Of a DNA stretch of 64,000 nt, positions 34,590 to 47,147 are shown piece by piece. Where the stretch lies: contig NC_091979.1 of the NCBI RefSeq assembly GCF_044704955.1, positions 141,918,001 to 141,982,000 on the forward strand, written 5' to 3'. The notes under the pieces are model-generated. The model searched no databases. It had not been told where the DNA came from and was given only the letters and a program-made list of their open reading frames with translations. The translations under genes and the position numbers were made by a program. Every line of letters begins with the position of its first letter. The first letter of the stretch is position 1. Source of the DNA: Pristiophorus japonicus (Eukaryota).

Positions 34590-36954
34590 AAATTTATTAC
34601 TATACAGTCCAGGATCCAATTGCATTAAAAGCCTTTGCTTATAGTTTTTCTTGGTGTCTGATCTACACCAACAGATTACAACATTCCCAACTTTGAAAAA
34701 AACAGTTTCTCATGAAAATAGAAACTTATGGAAATGGTTAGTGTTAATTGTGTAGTATATAAAAATATTGTTCCTCAGTAGAGTAGAGTATACACTTAGG
34801 GAGACAAAGTATGCTGTAATAACAAAAAACACGAATATAAAACCACACATTTTCAAATTCAGAGTTTAGCAGATAAATAGCATATGTACAAGGGCAGGCA
34901 ACTGAATCTTTTCTTAAACAAATCGCCTTCTCTTATTTTCAAAGTTTTCACAAAATTACATCACTGTAGCCAACTGCACTCTACCACCATCTGAATTTAA
35001 TGTTAACATTACTTTTTGCATGTGAACAAAGAATCAGAGGACAGTTAGCAATGACAGAACGAAGGTTGGAATTTAAATAGCACCCTGAATAAATTGGTAA
35101 GAAAAAAAAAGCAACACCAAATACAAAAATACATTTATGAAATGAAACAATGGATTACAGCAAAATATACATTTATATCTCTACATTATTTTAGCATTGT
35201 TCCAGTTCTTGTTGCTTCTTCAATTTTAAAATGGAAGCAGTCAATCAACCATTCAAAATACAGGATTCATTCTTAAGTCAATCAACACAGTTTAAAAAGA
35301 ATATGGGCCACAATACTGCAAGGTCAAAACTGTTTTATTGTTTAAAGAATTAACTTTTCCCCCAAAGTTGTTTTAATTGCATAGAAGGAACATACAGATG
35401 TTTTGCATTTTTGGAAATACCTACTAACAGGAAGCTCAATTGTCTCAAGCTTTATTAAAAAAATGATTTGTATTTTTAACCAACAAGAGCTCTACTCATA
35501 CTGATTTCAGAAATCAAAGATTCAAATAAACAGACCAGATGTGCGGTCTTGGGTAATGCTTGCAATTTTTTTGGTAAGCACTTACCCTAATTCAGAATGT
35601 TGAACCAACTTCAATTAACATTTATGCTGCTGATAACCTGCAAAGACAGACTGGCAGATTTTGATGCGTCAGCAAGCACAAGTTGATGCGTCAAGAATGT
35701 GGATTACTTATACAATTCCTCACAGCAGCTCCAAGAGTTACGGAGTTGCAAAAAACAAGAAAAATTCATGGCCGAGAAGGTGAACAGACAACCTACTCCC
35801 AATACTGTACCAGTGTCACAATTAAGCCAGCTGCTAAGATTTGTGCAAGAGCAGCTGGGGCAACAGGTTCAATCTCCTTTCTATATGAAGGTAGTTGGCT
35901 CCTACTCAAAACACATTTTCCTGAAAGTATGCAAGAGATTGAGAAATTACGAGTGTTGTAAATGTATGAACACAAACGTATTTATCTCACCACTGACACT
36001 AATTCAAATAGATCAGTGGTAAAGGAGCTGAGAAACCTTTGGTATCAACCAAACTCTGAAATGCTATTGGCCAAAACAACCATACCTCAAACCACAAGTT
36101 TTTCTGAAATACTATTTCATAATTCCCTAACATGAAACATACATAGAAAGCACACTGTCCAATGTAATCACTTTTATACAATTGATTGCACTTAGTCAGG
36201 TGAGTCATTACATAGAACAGAAGTGTGTATCCTACTGTATATTCCCAAGCAATTAAGTGTTTTACCAATTAGACCTACAATACAATTGTCTGATAAAAAT
36301 GGTGATTAAACAAACTGTACTAGTATAACCCATAACATATAAATGGGTTACATTAGCTCAATATATTTAGCATTTAGTTTGATTCTCCACAAAATCTTAT
36401 GTACCATAATTTGCTCAATCTTTAATGAAAAAAGCAAAACAGTATGCTTTTCATCTAGAATTCAGACGACAAATAATCTTATAAAATTCAAAAACTGCCA
36501 CTCATTTCAATGATGGCAGTGCCTCCCTCTTCTGTACCTCATAGTAAATAAACGATAAGCTTTTCACTCAGAGTATCCAAAGTTGCCGTACTTCCAAGCA
36601 ACTCCTCTCTCGAATACACTTGTGCCATCTTCATAAAGCTGTGCACAACAATTTCTTCAGTACGATAAAGCTCCTTCCAATTTCAGAACTGGGCCCGCCC
36701 AGTTTCTTGTGGGAAGCTTTAAAGTATTAAGTATTTATACCTGCTCCAATTACCAGATTTCATTCTTTTTCTCCTTTTACAAAACCAACATACAAATCTT
36801 TTGGAAATGGATACAAACAATGAAAATGGCATTAAGACATATACAGACTGCTCAGTACACCCTAGTAACAGTTAACAGTACAGCAGATTACCAATTTTAA
36901 AGTCTTCCCAGTAAATGTAACAAGCTAGTTAGAACATGGGTGATGACTTCCAAC
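34590..36954 (-). other. ORMDL1: Probable long AT-rich 3'UTR of ORMDL1
   Basis: About 2.4 kb free of recognisable transposons directly after the stop. Several - strand AATAAA motifs, for example 34593-34598 and 35451-35456. True end unknown. Confidence 0.5.
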
Positions 36955-37090
36955 TTAGTATTTATTGATTCCAAGGATCCGAACTCCATGTAGTTGAGGC
37001 AGCTTAGGAATCAACACAGTCAAGAGAGATGCTGTATTGACAATAAAATGTGTTGGGTCATACTTAGTGTAAAAGCTGGCCAGAAAATAC
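36955..37090 (-). CDS. ORMDL1: ORM1-like protein 1, coding exon 3 (136 nt, includes TAA)
   Basis: cag|G TAT TTT... reads [44 protein letters not shown]. Phase matches the preceding exon. Confidence 0.97.
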
Positions 37091-38105
37091 CTGCAAGAAA
37101 TAAAATTATATTTATCAAATGCAAAGTAGCACAATATTTCCTTACAAAACTGTAGTTTAATAAAGCTCCTTAGCTATGAATACCAATATAATTCTTATTC
37201 ATGGAATTCTGTATTTCCTTGAGACATTAAAATGTTTCCAAGCATGTTAAATTCACCTTTTTTCATAATTTGTTTCCATTGTTTATAACCATTGTTTCTG
37301 CAACAGGATACAGATTTTTTTTATACAAGCATTTTCATTATTAAAAATGTTCTCTGTACCTTTAAATATACCCACTAGCTACAAATTTAGAGAGTGAAGG
37401 TGGACAGGTGACCCATTCCCAGATCTCTGCCCATCACGGAAGTGGCCACTTAGTGTTGGAATGCTCCTTTCACTATTCTGGGGGGGAAACAAAGTGTTTG
37501 ATCTTCCCTCAACACCATCCCAAACAAAAATGAGCACTCAGACTTGTACTGTACTGTATAATATTCCAATGCAGCATGTCATACTATCAAAAATTTTGTA
37601 TTTTATTACACTGGAAAAAATTTGTAACGTTCTAACTAATCTGACCACAATCCAAAGTGCTAACCAAACTGGCTGATGCAACCTTGGCGAACTGTTCAAA
37701 CTGGAACCAAGTTTCAGAGCCAACCATCCTCAAATCACAGCATTTCTACAGCAGTCTGCCCGTCACTACCTCAGCCATTCCACTGCTGTGAATCTTATGC
37801 ATGCCCCCAGCCCTATATTCCACCCAAACATCTGGCTCCTGACTCTAGTTATGCATCACCCCTCTCACTTCACCAGATTGGTGCAGAGCCTTCAACTGCA
37901 CAAGTCCTACTCTATGAAATCGCCCCCCATCCCCACTCCATCTCTTAAACCAATTATTCGGCATCCCTCCAAATCTTGCCCTGTTTGAATTCATTTTTAT
38001 TACATTCAGAATAAATAAAATGAGTTATATTATGATACTGTTTTATTTTAATATAGCATTTAATATACTCAACCCATTCAATACTTAAGACAGCTTGTCG
38101 TGTTA

Positions 38106-38460
38106 CATAAGAACATAAGAACATAAGAACATGAGTAGGCCATCTAGCCCCTCGAGCCTGCTCTGCCATTCAACAAGATCATGGCTGATCTGGCCGTGGA
38201 CTCAGCTCCATTTACCCGCCCGCTCCCCATAACCCTTAATTCCCTTATTGGTTAAAAATCTATCGATCTGTGATTTGAATACATTCAATGAGCTAGCCTC
38301 AACTGCTTCCTTGGGCAGAGATTCACAACCCTCTGGGAGAAGAAATTCCTTCTCAACTCGGTTTTAAATTGGCTCCCCCGTATTTTGAGGCTGTGCCCCC
38401 TAGTTCTAGTCTCCCCTACCAGTGGAAACAACCTCTCTGCCTCTATCTTGTCTATCCCTT
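38106..38460 (-). mobile_element. CR1 3' fragment, near-identical to 10656-11020
   Basis: (TTCTTATG)3 tail and directly alignable 3'UTR. Confidence 0.9.
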
Positions 38461-38621
38461 TGTCTCCAAGGCAGTGCTCAATTTAAGACAGATGCCAGGC
38501 AGCACCATTAGTCTAGCTGTGCAATGGTTTAAAGCTATTACAGGTCACCACAATAGTACAGGGTAGTGAAGGAGTTATGAGAACATTTATTTGTATGTAC
38601 TTAACAAAAGTGGGATCTTAC

Positions 38622-38773
38622 AAAATAATTGGCGAGATAGTTAGGAATTTTCTGGAAGACGTAAACTGTACTCCATAATCCAATTGTTCCCAATGTGTCA
38701 GAAGTCTAGCTTTCCCTTGATCAGGTGTTTCGAAGGGTGTTCCTTTGACTGCATGCAAGAACACATACATTCC
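38622..38773 (-). CDS. ORMDL1: ORM1-like protein 1, coding exon 2 (152 nt)
   Basis: ctgcag|[50 protein letters not shown]|gtaag. Confidence 0.97.
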
Positions 38774-38884
38774 CTGCAGACAAGAGCATGTCAGTTAAAT
38801 TACAAGTAACATTACAAAACAACCCCACCCCAACCAGAAATTAATACCAAAATTAATGGATTTATGATTAATTACAGTTTAGGT

Positions 38885-41332
38885 ATTAATCCAATTCCTT
38901 TTAAAAGCCACAATTGAATCTGCCTCCACCACCCTTTAATGCAGTGAATTCCAGATCCTAACCATGGCTGCGTGAAAAAGATTTTCCTCACGTTGTCTTT
39001 GGTTCTTCTGCTAACCACCTTAAATCGGAGTCCTCTGGTTCTCAACCCTTCTGCCAATGGAAACAGTTTCTATCTACTCTGTCTAGACCCCTCATGATTT
39101 TGAACACCTCTATCAAATCTCCTCTGAACCTCTCTGCTCTAATGAGAACAAATCCAGCTTCTCCAGTCTATCCATGTAACTGAAGTCCCTCATTCCAGGA
39201 CCATTCTTATAAATCTTTTCGGCACCGTCTGCAAGGGCTTCACATCCTTCCTAAAGTGCAGTGCCCAGAATTGGACACAGTATTCAGTTGAGGCTGAACC
39301 AGTGTTTTATAAAGGTTCATCATAACTTCCTTGCTTTTGTACTCTAGACTTCTATTTATGAAGCCTAGGATCCCATGCTTTTTTAACCACTTTCTCAACC
39401 TGCCCTGCCACCTTCAACGATTTCTGCACATGTACCCCCAGGCCTCTCTGTTCATGCATCTGCTTTAGAATTGTACCCATTAGTTTATATTGCCTCTTCT
39501 CGTTCTTCCAACCAAAATGTACCACTTCTCATTTTTCTGCATTAAATTTTATCTGCTACGTGTCCACCAGCCTGTCAATGTCATCTTGAAGTCTATCACT
39601 CTCTTCCTCACTGTTCACTATACTTCCAAGTTTTGTGTCATCTGCTAATTTTGAAATTGTGCCCTGTACACCCAAGTCTAAGTCATTAATATATATCAAG
39701 AAAAGCAATGATCCTAGTAGCTACCCCTGGGGACCACCAGCGGTAGTTACCTTCCTCCAGTCCGAAAAACAACCAACTAATCAGTACACTCTTTCCTATC
39801 ACTTAGCCTATTTCGTATCCATGCTGTCACTGACCCTTTTATTCCATGGGCTTCAACTCTGCTGACAAGCCAATTATGTTGCACTTTATCAAATGCCTTT
39901 TGGAAATCCATGTCCACCACATCAACCCACATAGCCCTCATCAACCCTGTTAGCTGATTTAAAAACTCAACCAAGTTGGTTAAACATGATTTGTCTTTAA
40001 CAAATCCGTGATGGCTTTCCTTAATTAATCCATTCTTGTCCAAGTGACTGTTCATTTTGTCCCAGATTATTATTTCTAAAAGCTTCCCTACTACCAAGGT
40101 TAAACTGACTGACCTGCAGTTGCTGGGTTTATTCTTACACTCTTTTTTGAACAAGGGTGCATCATTTGCAATTCTCCAATCCTCTGGCACCAGCCCCTTA
40201 TCCAAGGAGATTTGAAGATTATGGCCAGTACCTCTGAAATTTCAACCTTTACTTCCCTCAGCATCCAAGGGTGCATCTCTTGTCCTGATGCCTTTCTCCT
40301 ATCTCATCAATTCTTATGCCATCCAGTATCTCAACTACCTCCTCTTTCATTAGGATTTTGACAGCATCTTCTTCCTTGGTAAAGACAGATGCAAAGTACT
40401 CGTTTAGTACCCAATCCATGCCCTCTGCCTCCATGTGTAGGTCTCCAATTGGCCCCACCCCATCTCTTACTACCAGTTTACTATTAATATGCTTATAGAA
40501 GATTTTTGGATTCCCTTTTATGGTAAGCTCTCAGTCTATTCTCATACTCTCTCTTTGCCCCACTTATCTCCTTTTTCACTTCCCCTCTGAAATTTCTATA
40601 ATCAGCTTGATTCTCGCTTGTATTCTCAACCTGCTTCAACTTACTCTATCTCTTTTGTCATCCAGGGAACGCTGACTTTGGTTGCCCTACCTTTTCCCCA
40701 CGTGGAAATGTACCTCGACTGTACCCGAACCATTGCCTCATTAAAAGGCAGCCCATTGGTTAATTACAGTTTTGCTTGCCAATCTTTGATTCCAAATCAC
40801 CCGGACCAGAACCACTCAACCCACTGAAATTGGCTTTCCTCCAATTAAGTATTTTTACTCTAGACTGCTTCGTCTTTTTCCATAGGTAGTCTAAACCTTA
40901 CGATACTGTGATCGCTGTTCCCTAAATATTCCCCTACTGACACTAGCTCTATTTGACCCACCTCATTCCCCAGAACCAGATCCAGCAATGTCTCCTTCCT
41001 CGTTGGGCTGGAAAGGTACTGATCAGAACGTTCTCCTGAACACATTTCAGAAATTCTTCCCCCTCTCTGCTCTTTACACTATTACTATCCTAGTCTATAT
41101 TAGGATAGTTGCAGTCCCCCATTATCACTACTCGATCGTTCTTGCACCTCCCTAATTTCCCTGCAAACTTGCTCCTCTATATCCTTCCCACTAGTTGGCA
41201 GCCTATAAAATACACCTAATAGTGTAATGGCACCTCTATTGTTTCTCAACTCTAACCAAATAGATTCCGTCTTTGACCACGTCAGGACATCTCTCTCCAT
41301 CACTAATATTCTCCTTAATCAATACTGCCATC
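38885..41332 (-). mobile_element. Decayed CR1 ORF2 in ORMDL1 intron
   Basis: APE and RT remnants (LDLVLGNE, DFQKAFDKV, KSCLTNL). Confidence 0.88.
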
Positions 41333-41707
41333 CAACTGTAAGTCCCTGTCACTTTCTCCTACATTGGATAGTTAGAAAGTAACAACCTGACATTCAGGGC
41401 AAGGCTCAGCGCAAATTATATGCACAGCAAGTTGCCAAAAGCTGTCCTACAATGCAATTTTTATTTTTAAATCCTTGATGTACAGTATTGCTTGAAAGTG
41501 GTTGTGATCTTGAAAAAAAAACAAATTAAAAATCCAAACAGTTTACTAATCAAAGAAAAACTAACAAAACATGCTGGAAACAATACACAGGGCTGTCTGT
41601 ATATGGTTCTTTGATGAATGCAATCATTTCTCAAATGTATTTTGCAGAAAGTGCCATGGGACATATAAAACAGCAAACAGCAGTAGTGTGGGTTGTCAGT
41701 TACTCAC

Positions 41708-41881
41708 CAAGTTGTGGATTACATTTGTTAAAGTCCACACAACAGGAACAGTGAAGAAGGGGATGCTCAAGAGCACTATATGAAGCATCCCAACACCAAG
41801 CGCATATGTCAGCCATATTCCACGGCTGTTCATTACCCTGGTGTTGGGATTCACTTCACTGTGTGCGACACCAACATTCAT
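41708..41881 (-). CDS. ORMDL1: ORM1-like protein 1 (serine palmitoyltransferase regulator), coding exon 1 (174 nt; exon starts at 41889)
   Basis: ttgtag|GTAAAAAG ATG, then [31 protein letters not shown]...VIHNL|gtgagt. The three exons total 462 nt = 153 aa plus stop. Residues (VGVAHS, TYALGVG, QFTSSRK) and the PMS1 neighbour indicate paralog 1. Confidence 0.96.
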
Positions 41882-42324
41882 CTTTTTACCTACAAGGACA
41901 AAAAAAAAAGGTTTAGACACCTACTTTCTAGGAATCAAGTATTTGTTTTCATTACGTCAGACAATAAAAAACTTATAATGGCTGTTTGCCAACTGCTCAA
42001 CAATGGTTAGAAAGATGGTGTTAGGTGCATCACGAAAAACGGTTAAGATTTCCCGTAACTTTTATTAAAACAGCCCTTTTTCAGTCTGTTCTCACTTATG
42101 AATGCATGAAGTGTAGCACAGAAATAAAATTAATCAAAACTCAACAGCAATATGCTAATGATTTATTATAAGCTAACCATCTCATATCCAGCACTGTAAT
42201 GCACGTTAAAATCTTGATGTATATTATATAAGCAATGCATTTTATATAAGCCCATCATTTATTGAATTTTGAAATGTGTTACCTGATGAACCTCTGATTC
42301 TCTGCAATGCAATAGCACAGTAAG

Positions 42325-44258
42325 AGGCATGTCCCTCACTCTACCATTACTGTCAAGCCAGAGGACCAACCCAGGTTTAATGAGGAGTGCAGAAGAACAT
42401 GCCAGAAGCAGCACAGGCATTCCTAAAAATGAGGTGCCAACCTGGGAAAGCTGCAACACAGGACTACATGCATGCTAAATAGCAGAAGCTGCATGCTTTA
42501 GACAGAGGTAAGCGATCCCACAATCAACAGATCAGATCAAAGCTCTGCAGTCCTGCCACATCCACTTGTGAATGGCAGTGGACCATTAAACGAACAGAGG
42601 AGGAAGCTCCATGAACATCCCCATCCTCAATGATGGCACGTGAATGCAAAAGACAAGGCTGAAGCATTGGACAATTTTCAGCCAGAAATGCCTAGTGGAT
42701 GATCCATCTCTGCTTCCTCCAGGAGGTCCCCACCATCACGGAAGCCAGTCTTCAGTCAATTCGAATCACTCCATGGGATATCAAGAAATGGTTGATCGCA
42801 CTGGATACAGCAATGGATATGGGCCCAGTTGTCATGCTGAAGACTTGTACTCAAGAACTATTCTTGGGCCTACAGCCAAGCTGTTCCAGTACAGCTGCAA
42901 CACTGGCATCTACCTAACAATGTGGAAAACTGCCCAGATATATCCTGTCCACAAAAAGCAGGACAAATCCAATCCAGCCAATTACCACCCCATCAGTCCA
43001 CTCTCAATCATCAGCAAAGTGTCATCGACCGTGCTATCAAGCGGCACTTACTCATCAATAAACAGCTCACCGATGCTCAGGTTGGGTTCCGCCAGGCCCA
43101 CTCAGCACAAAACCTCATTACAGCCTTGGCCCAAACGTGGACAAAAGAGCTGAATTCCAGGCGAGGTGAGAGTGACTGCCCTCGACGTCAAGGCAGCATT
43201 TCACAGAGTGTGGCATCAAGACATACCTAGCACAAAAGGATGATTGTGGTTGTTGTAGGCCAATCATCTCAGTCCCAGGACATCACTGCAGAAGTTCCTC
43301 AGGACAGTGTCCGAGGCCCAACCATTTTCAGCTGCTTCATCAATGACCTTCCCTCCATCATAAGGTCAAAAGTGGGGATCTTTGCTGATTATTTCCTAGT
43401 CCAGAGTTCCATTCACAACTCCAGATAATGAAGCAGTTCATGCCCGCATGCAGCAAGACCTGGACAACATTCAGGCTTGGGCTCATAAGTGGCAAGTAAC
43501 ATTAGCGCCACACAAATGTCAGGCAATGACTATCTTCAACTAGAGAGAGTGTAACCACCGCCTTTTGACATTCAACAGCATTACCATTGCCAAAGCCTCC
43601 ACCATCAATATCCTGGATGGGGTTCAACATTGGCCAGAAACTTAACTGAATCAGCCACATAAATACTGTGGCTACAAGAGTATGTCAAAGGCTGGGTATT
43701 CTGCAGCAAATGTCTCATCTCCCGACTCCCCAAAGTCTTTCCACCATCTACAAGGCACAATTCATGAGTGTGAGGGAATACTTTCCACTTGCCTGGATGA
43801 GTGCAGCTCCAACAACACTCAAGAAGCTCGACACCATCCAGGACAAAGCAGTCCACTTGATTGCCATCCCATCCACCTCCTTAAACATTCCCTCCCTCCC
43901 TCACAGGCACAACCTGTGCACTGCAGCAACTTGCCACAGCTTCTTCGGCAGCACCTCTCAAATCCACAATCTCTACTACCTAGAGGGACAACAGGAGACG
44001 CATGAGAACACCATCACCTCCAAGTTCCCCTCCAAGTCACACATCATCCTGACTTGGAAATATATCGCTGTTCTTTCATCGTCACCGAGTCAAAATCCTG
44101 GAACTCCCTCCGTAAAAGCACTGTGAGAGTACCTTCACCACATGGACTGCAGCAGTTCAAGGCAACGGCTCAAGAAAGTGGCACACCACCACCTTCAAGG
44201 GCAATAAATGCTGGCCTTGTCAGCGATGCCCACATCCCATGAATGAATTAAAAAAAAA
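42325..44258 (+). mobile_element. Decayed CR1-group non-LTR retrotransposon of a different family
   Basis: WKTAQIYPVHKKQDKSNPANYHPISPLS, QVGFR, VPQDSVRGPTIFSCFINDL and IFAD remnants; ends in TGAATGAATTAAAAAAAA. Confidence 0.8.
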
Positions 44259-44264
44259 TCTGGC

Positions 44265-45780
44265 CCGTCACCTCTCCACTGGCTCTTTGCGAGAGCAATC
44301 CAAAACTAATCCTACTGCCGTGTTCTCCCCCTTAATCGCGCTTTGCTTCCAATAAAAGATGCAATGTTCTCTGCTCAACCTAATGGCAAAGAATTCTATG
44401 CTACAACAACTTCCTACATAAAGACATTTCTCCTAATCTACCAATACTTTCAGGGAATGATGTACTTGGAACTCCTACGTCTCAATTGATCTCTTCATCC
44501 TCTTTACAGTGAGTATATATATATACTCCCATTGATTGTTTTTCTTCCCAAAATGCATTGCCCCACACTTATCCAAATTAAACTGCATCCAAATATTGGA
44601 AGCAAAGCGAGATTAAGGAAAAGAGCGTGGCAGTGGGATTAATTTTGGATTGCTCTCGCAAAGAGCCAGGAGAGAAATGATGGGCCAGATTTTTTTCTCA
44701 TTAACTTGTATGTCTTTGAGGCCTTTTACCTCATTGTTTGCCGAACCCCATATTTTCATATCAGCAGCAAGTTTCAAGGTTGTACTCCCTGTCCCCAAGT
44801 TCAAATCATCCATACATACCAAGAACATAAGTGGACCAGCACTGACCTCCAGGCCGCACCACTTCTAAACCTCTCCAATCCAAGCAACACACATTTGCCC
44901 CAACTCTTTGTTTCTGGGTTCTCAAGCACTTTTCTACTTGTGCTGTTATATTTCCTTATATCATACCGCTAATTGTTCTAACAAGCCTCTTATCGTAACC
45001 CTTCAGAAAAATATATCTACTGTATTACCCTGCTCTATCCAATTCAAAAAAGTATTAAGTTTCTCGAAACAGCACTTGCCTTTAACAAATCTATGCCAAC
45101 GGTCTTCAACCAACTTATGTTACATTAATGCCCACTAATTTAGAACAGATAAATCTATAGATCAAGAACAAGGATTTGCCCACGACAGATATTAGATTAA
45201 CTGGTCTTTAGTAATCATCTTTCTCTCACTTCTTGAACAAAACAGGTTACATTGGTTACTCTCCAGTGCCACAACACAATTTGCATATTTAAAGATCATT
45301 GGAAAAATTGTGGCCAGAGCCCCTGCTGCTTCCTCTATTTCTTTTTTAACAGCCGAGAGTGTGAATGCCACCAGGGCCCAGAAACGTATCCATATGAAGT
45401 TCTGCTTTTTGTTTAACCATTTCCTTTTTTTTTTTAAAAACAGTGATCTCTAGCAATTGTTTTATATCCTGCTCCAGTACACCTACATCTTCAATTCTAC
45501 CATCATTTTAAAAAACAATGTAAAATATTTAATATCCTCTCCATATCTGTAATAAGACCCACAATTAGGCACCCTCCTTCATAAAATATTTTTTTACTTT
45601 GTATATTTATAAAAGCCCTATTTGCTTGTTTATGTCAACCTTTTTTAGCCCTTCTAACTATTTTACCTCCCCACTACACTTTCTAAATCCCTCACAATCT
45701 TCTTTAGTATTAGCCCTCACTTTATTAAATTCCTCAGTTAAGTTTTAATCGCTAGAACGCCATCCTTTGATTCACCCCCT
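44265..45780 (-). mobile_element. Old, highly decayed CR1 fragments
   Basis: LKLAADMKI (FADD remnant) and other RT-like residual sequence. Confidence 0.55.
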
Positions 45781-45789
45781 TTTGGCCTT

Positions 45790-46113
45790 GGGCCCAAAAG
45801 ATGCGAGGGCCCAGGGGCAGCACGGGCCAGCCCACACTGCGATGTGCGCGCGCACGCGCGCTCGGTCTGTGCAGCAGAGCTGGTCTCTAGTTGTCTTGGG
45901 TAATCCTTGCCACTGGACCAAGACCTAGCTCTGTCAAGCCCGTGTGGTGGCTGGTGTGCAACGGCCACCACACGTTAAAAAAATCCAAGCACAAGCATCT
46001 TCCACCCTTCACGATGTAGTTCAAGATCTGGAATATTAGGTCCTTCATTGAAACACCTATGAACTCATCTCTTTTTGGCATGGAAGCACACTTCGAGGGA
46101 CTGTCTATGATGA
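45790..46113 (+). mobile_element. Short non-autonomous RTE-tailed element (SINE-like)
   Basis: Non-coding GC-rich body, RTE-type 3' tail CGAGGGACTGTCTATGATGA, imperfect TSD TTTTGGCCTT / TTTTGCCTT. Confidence 0.7.
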
Positions 46114-46594
46114 TTTTGCCTTATAGAAATACATTTATTTTGTACTCTGTCTCTCATTTGAAGATTTCCCACCTTTAGTCAGTGGACCCATATGATAACT
46201 TTTCTATCTAATTAAACTGGACCTGAACTTTGCCCTTTCCCAGTCCAGCACCTTGCATCTAACTATCCTTTTCCAATTCGGAGTGACTCTTGCCACGAAC
46301 TGGAAGCTACAGGAAGGTCCTAAATGTAAAAAAAAATAACGTTCACAACAGACGGAGGTCTGTGTAAATGCCAACTCTTATTTGCCCAAATACAGAGAAA
46401 CGAATATTAAAACATTCCCATTGGATCGGCTCGATAAACATCCTCGTTATTTTTAAGTGTCATAGCAGTTTTACCCTTGTTGAAAATATTATAAAGAAAT
46501 GCAAATTAAATTAAAATTAAAACGCGCAACATTTTCCCAAATCCGCTTCTTTATTTCTCAATTTGGGAAGTCCGGTGACAACAAAATACTGAAC

Positions 46595-46606
46595 TGCGCA
46601 TGCGCA
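46595..46606. promoter_or_regulatory. Perfect NRF1-type palindrome TGCGCATGCGCA in non-repeat, mildly CpG-enriched DNA
   Basis: Exact 12-bp palindromic motif; function not demonstrated. Confidence 0.5.
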
Positions 46607-47147
46607 ACTACTTCCAGTTCATTGGTAACAGTCGTGTCCTTTTCAATTTAACATTGAACCCAATTATGCTGTGGTCACTATTTCCAATTGCTCTCATCAG
46701 CCACTTGCTCCACTTCATTTCCCAGAATCAAGCAATGCTCCTCTCAGAGTTGGACTAGTGACATAATCCAAGAAACTGTCCTAATTCAGCTCAACACGTC
46801 TATGCCGGAGTTTACGCTCCACAAGCCTCCTCCTACCTTACTTAATTTCAGCCTAACTCATCCTTCTATTCCTTTATTACTCACATGTATTATCTTTCGT
46901 CCATTCTATCTTAGGATAATTAAAAATCACATTATTGCCCTCATATTCTTCCACAACTTAGTGAATTTAATTCTAGGTGCCAGCCTTGGCTCAGTGGTAG
47001 GTTACGAGTTCAAGTTCCACACCAGAGACTTGAGCATATAATCTGGGCTGACACTTCAGTGCAGTAGTTGGAGTGTTGGAGATGCTGTCTTTCAGATAAG
47101 ATTAAACACGAGTTCCTGTCTGCCCTCTCAGGTGGACGTTAAAGATT

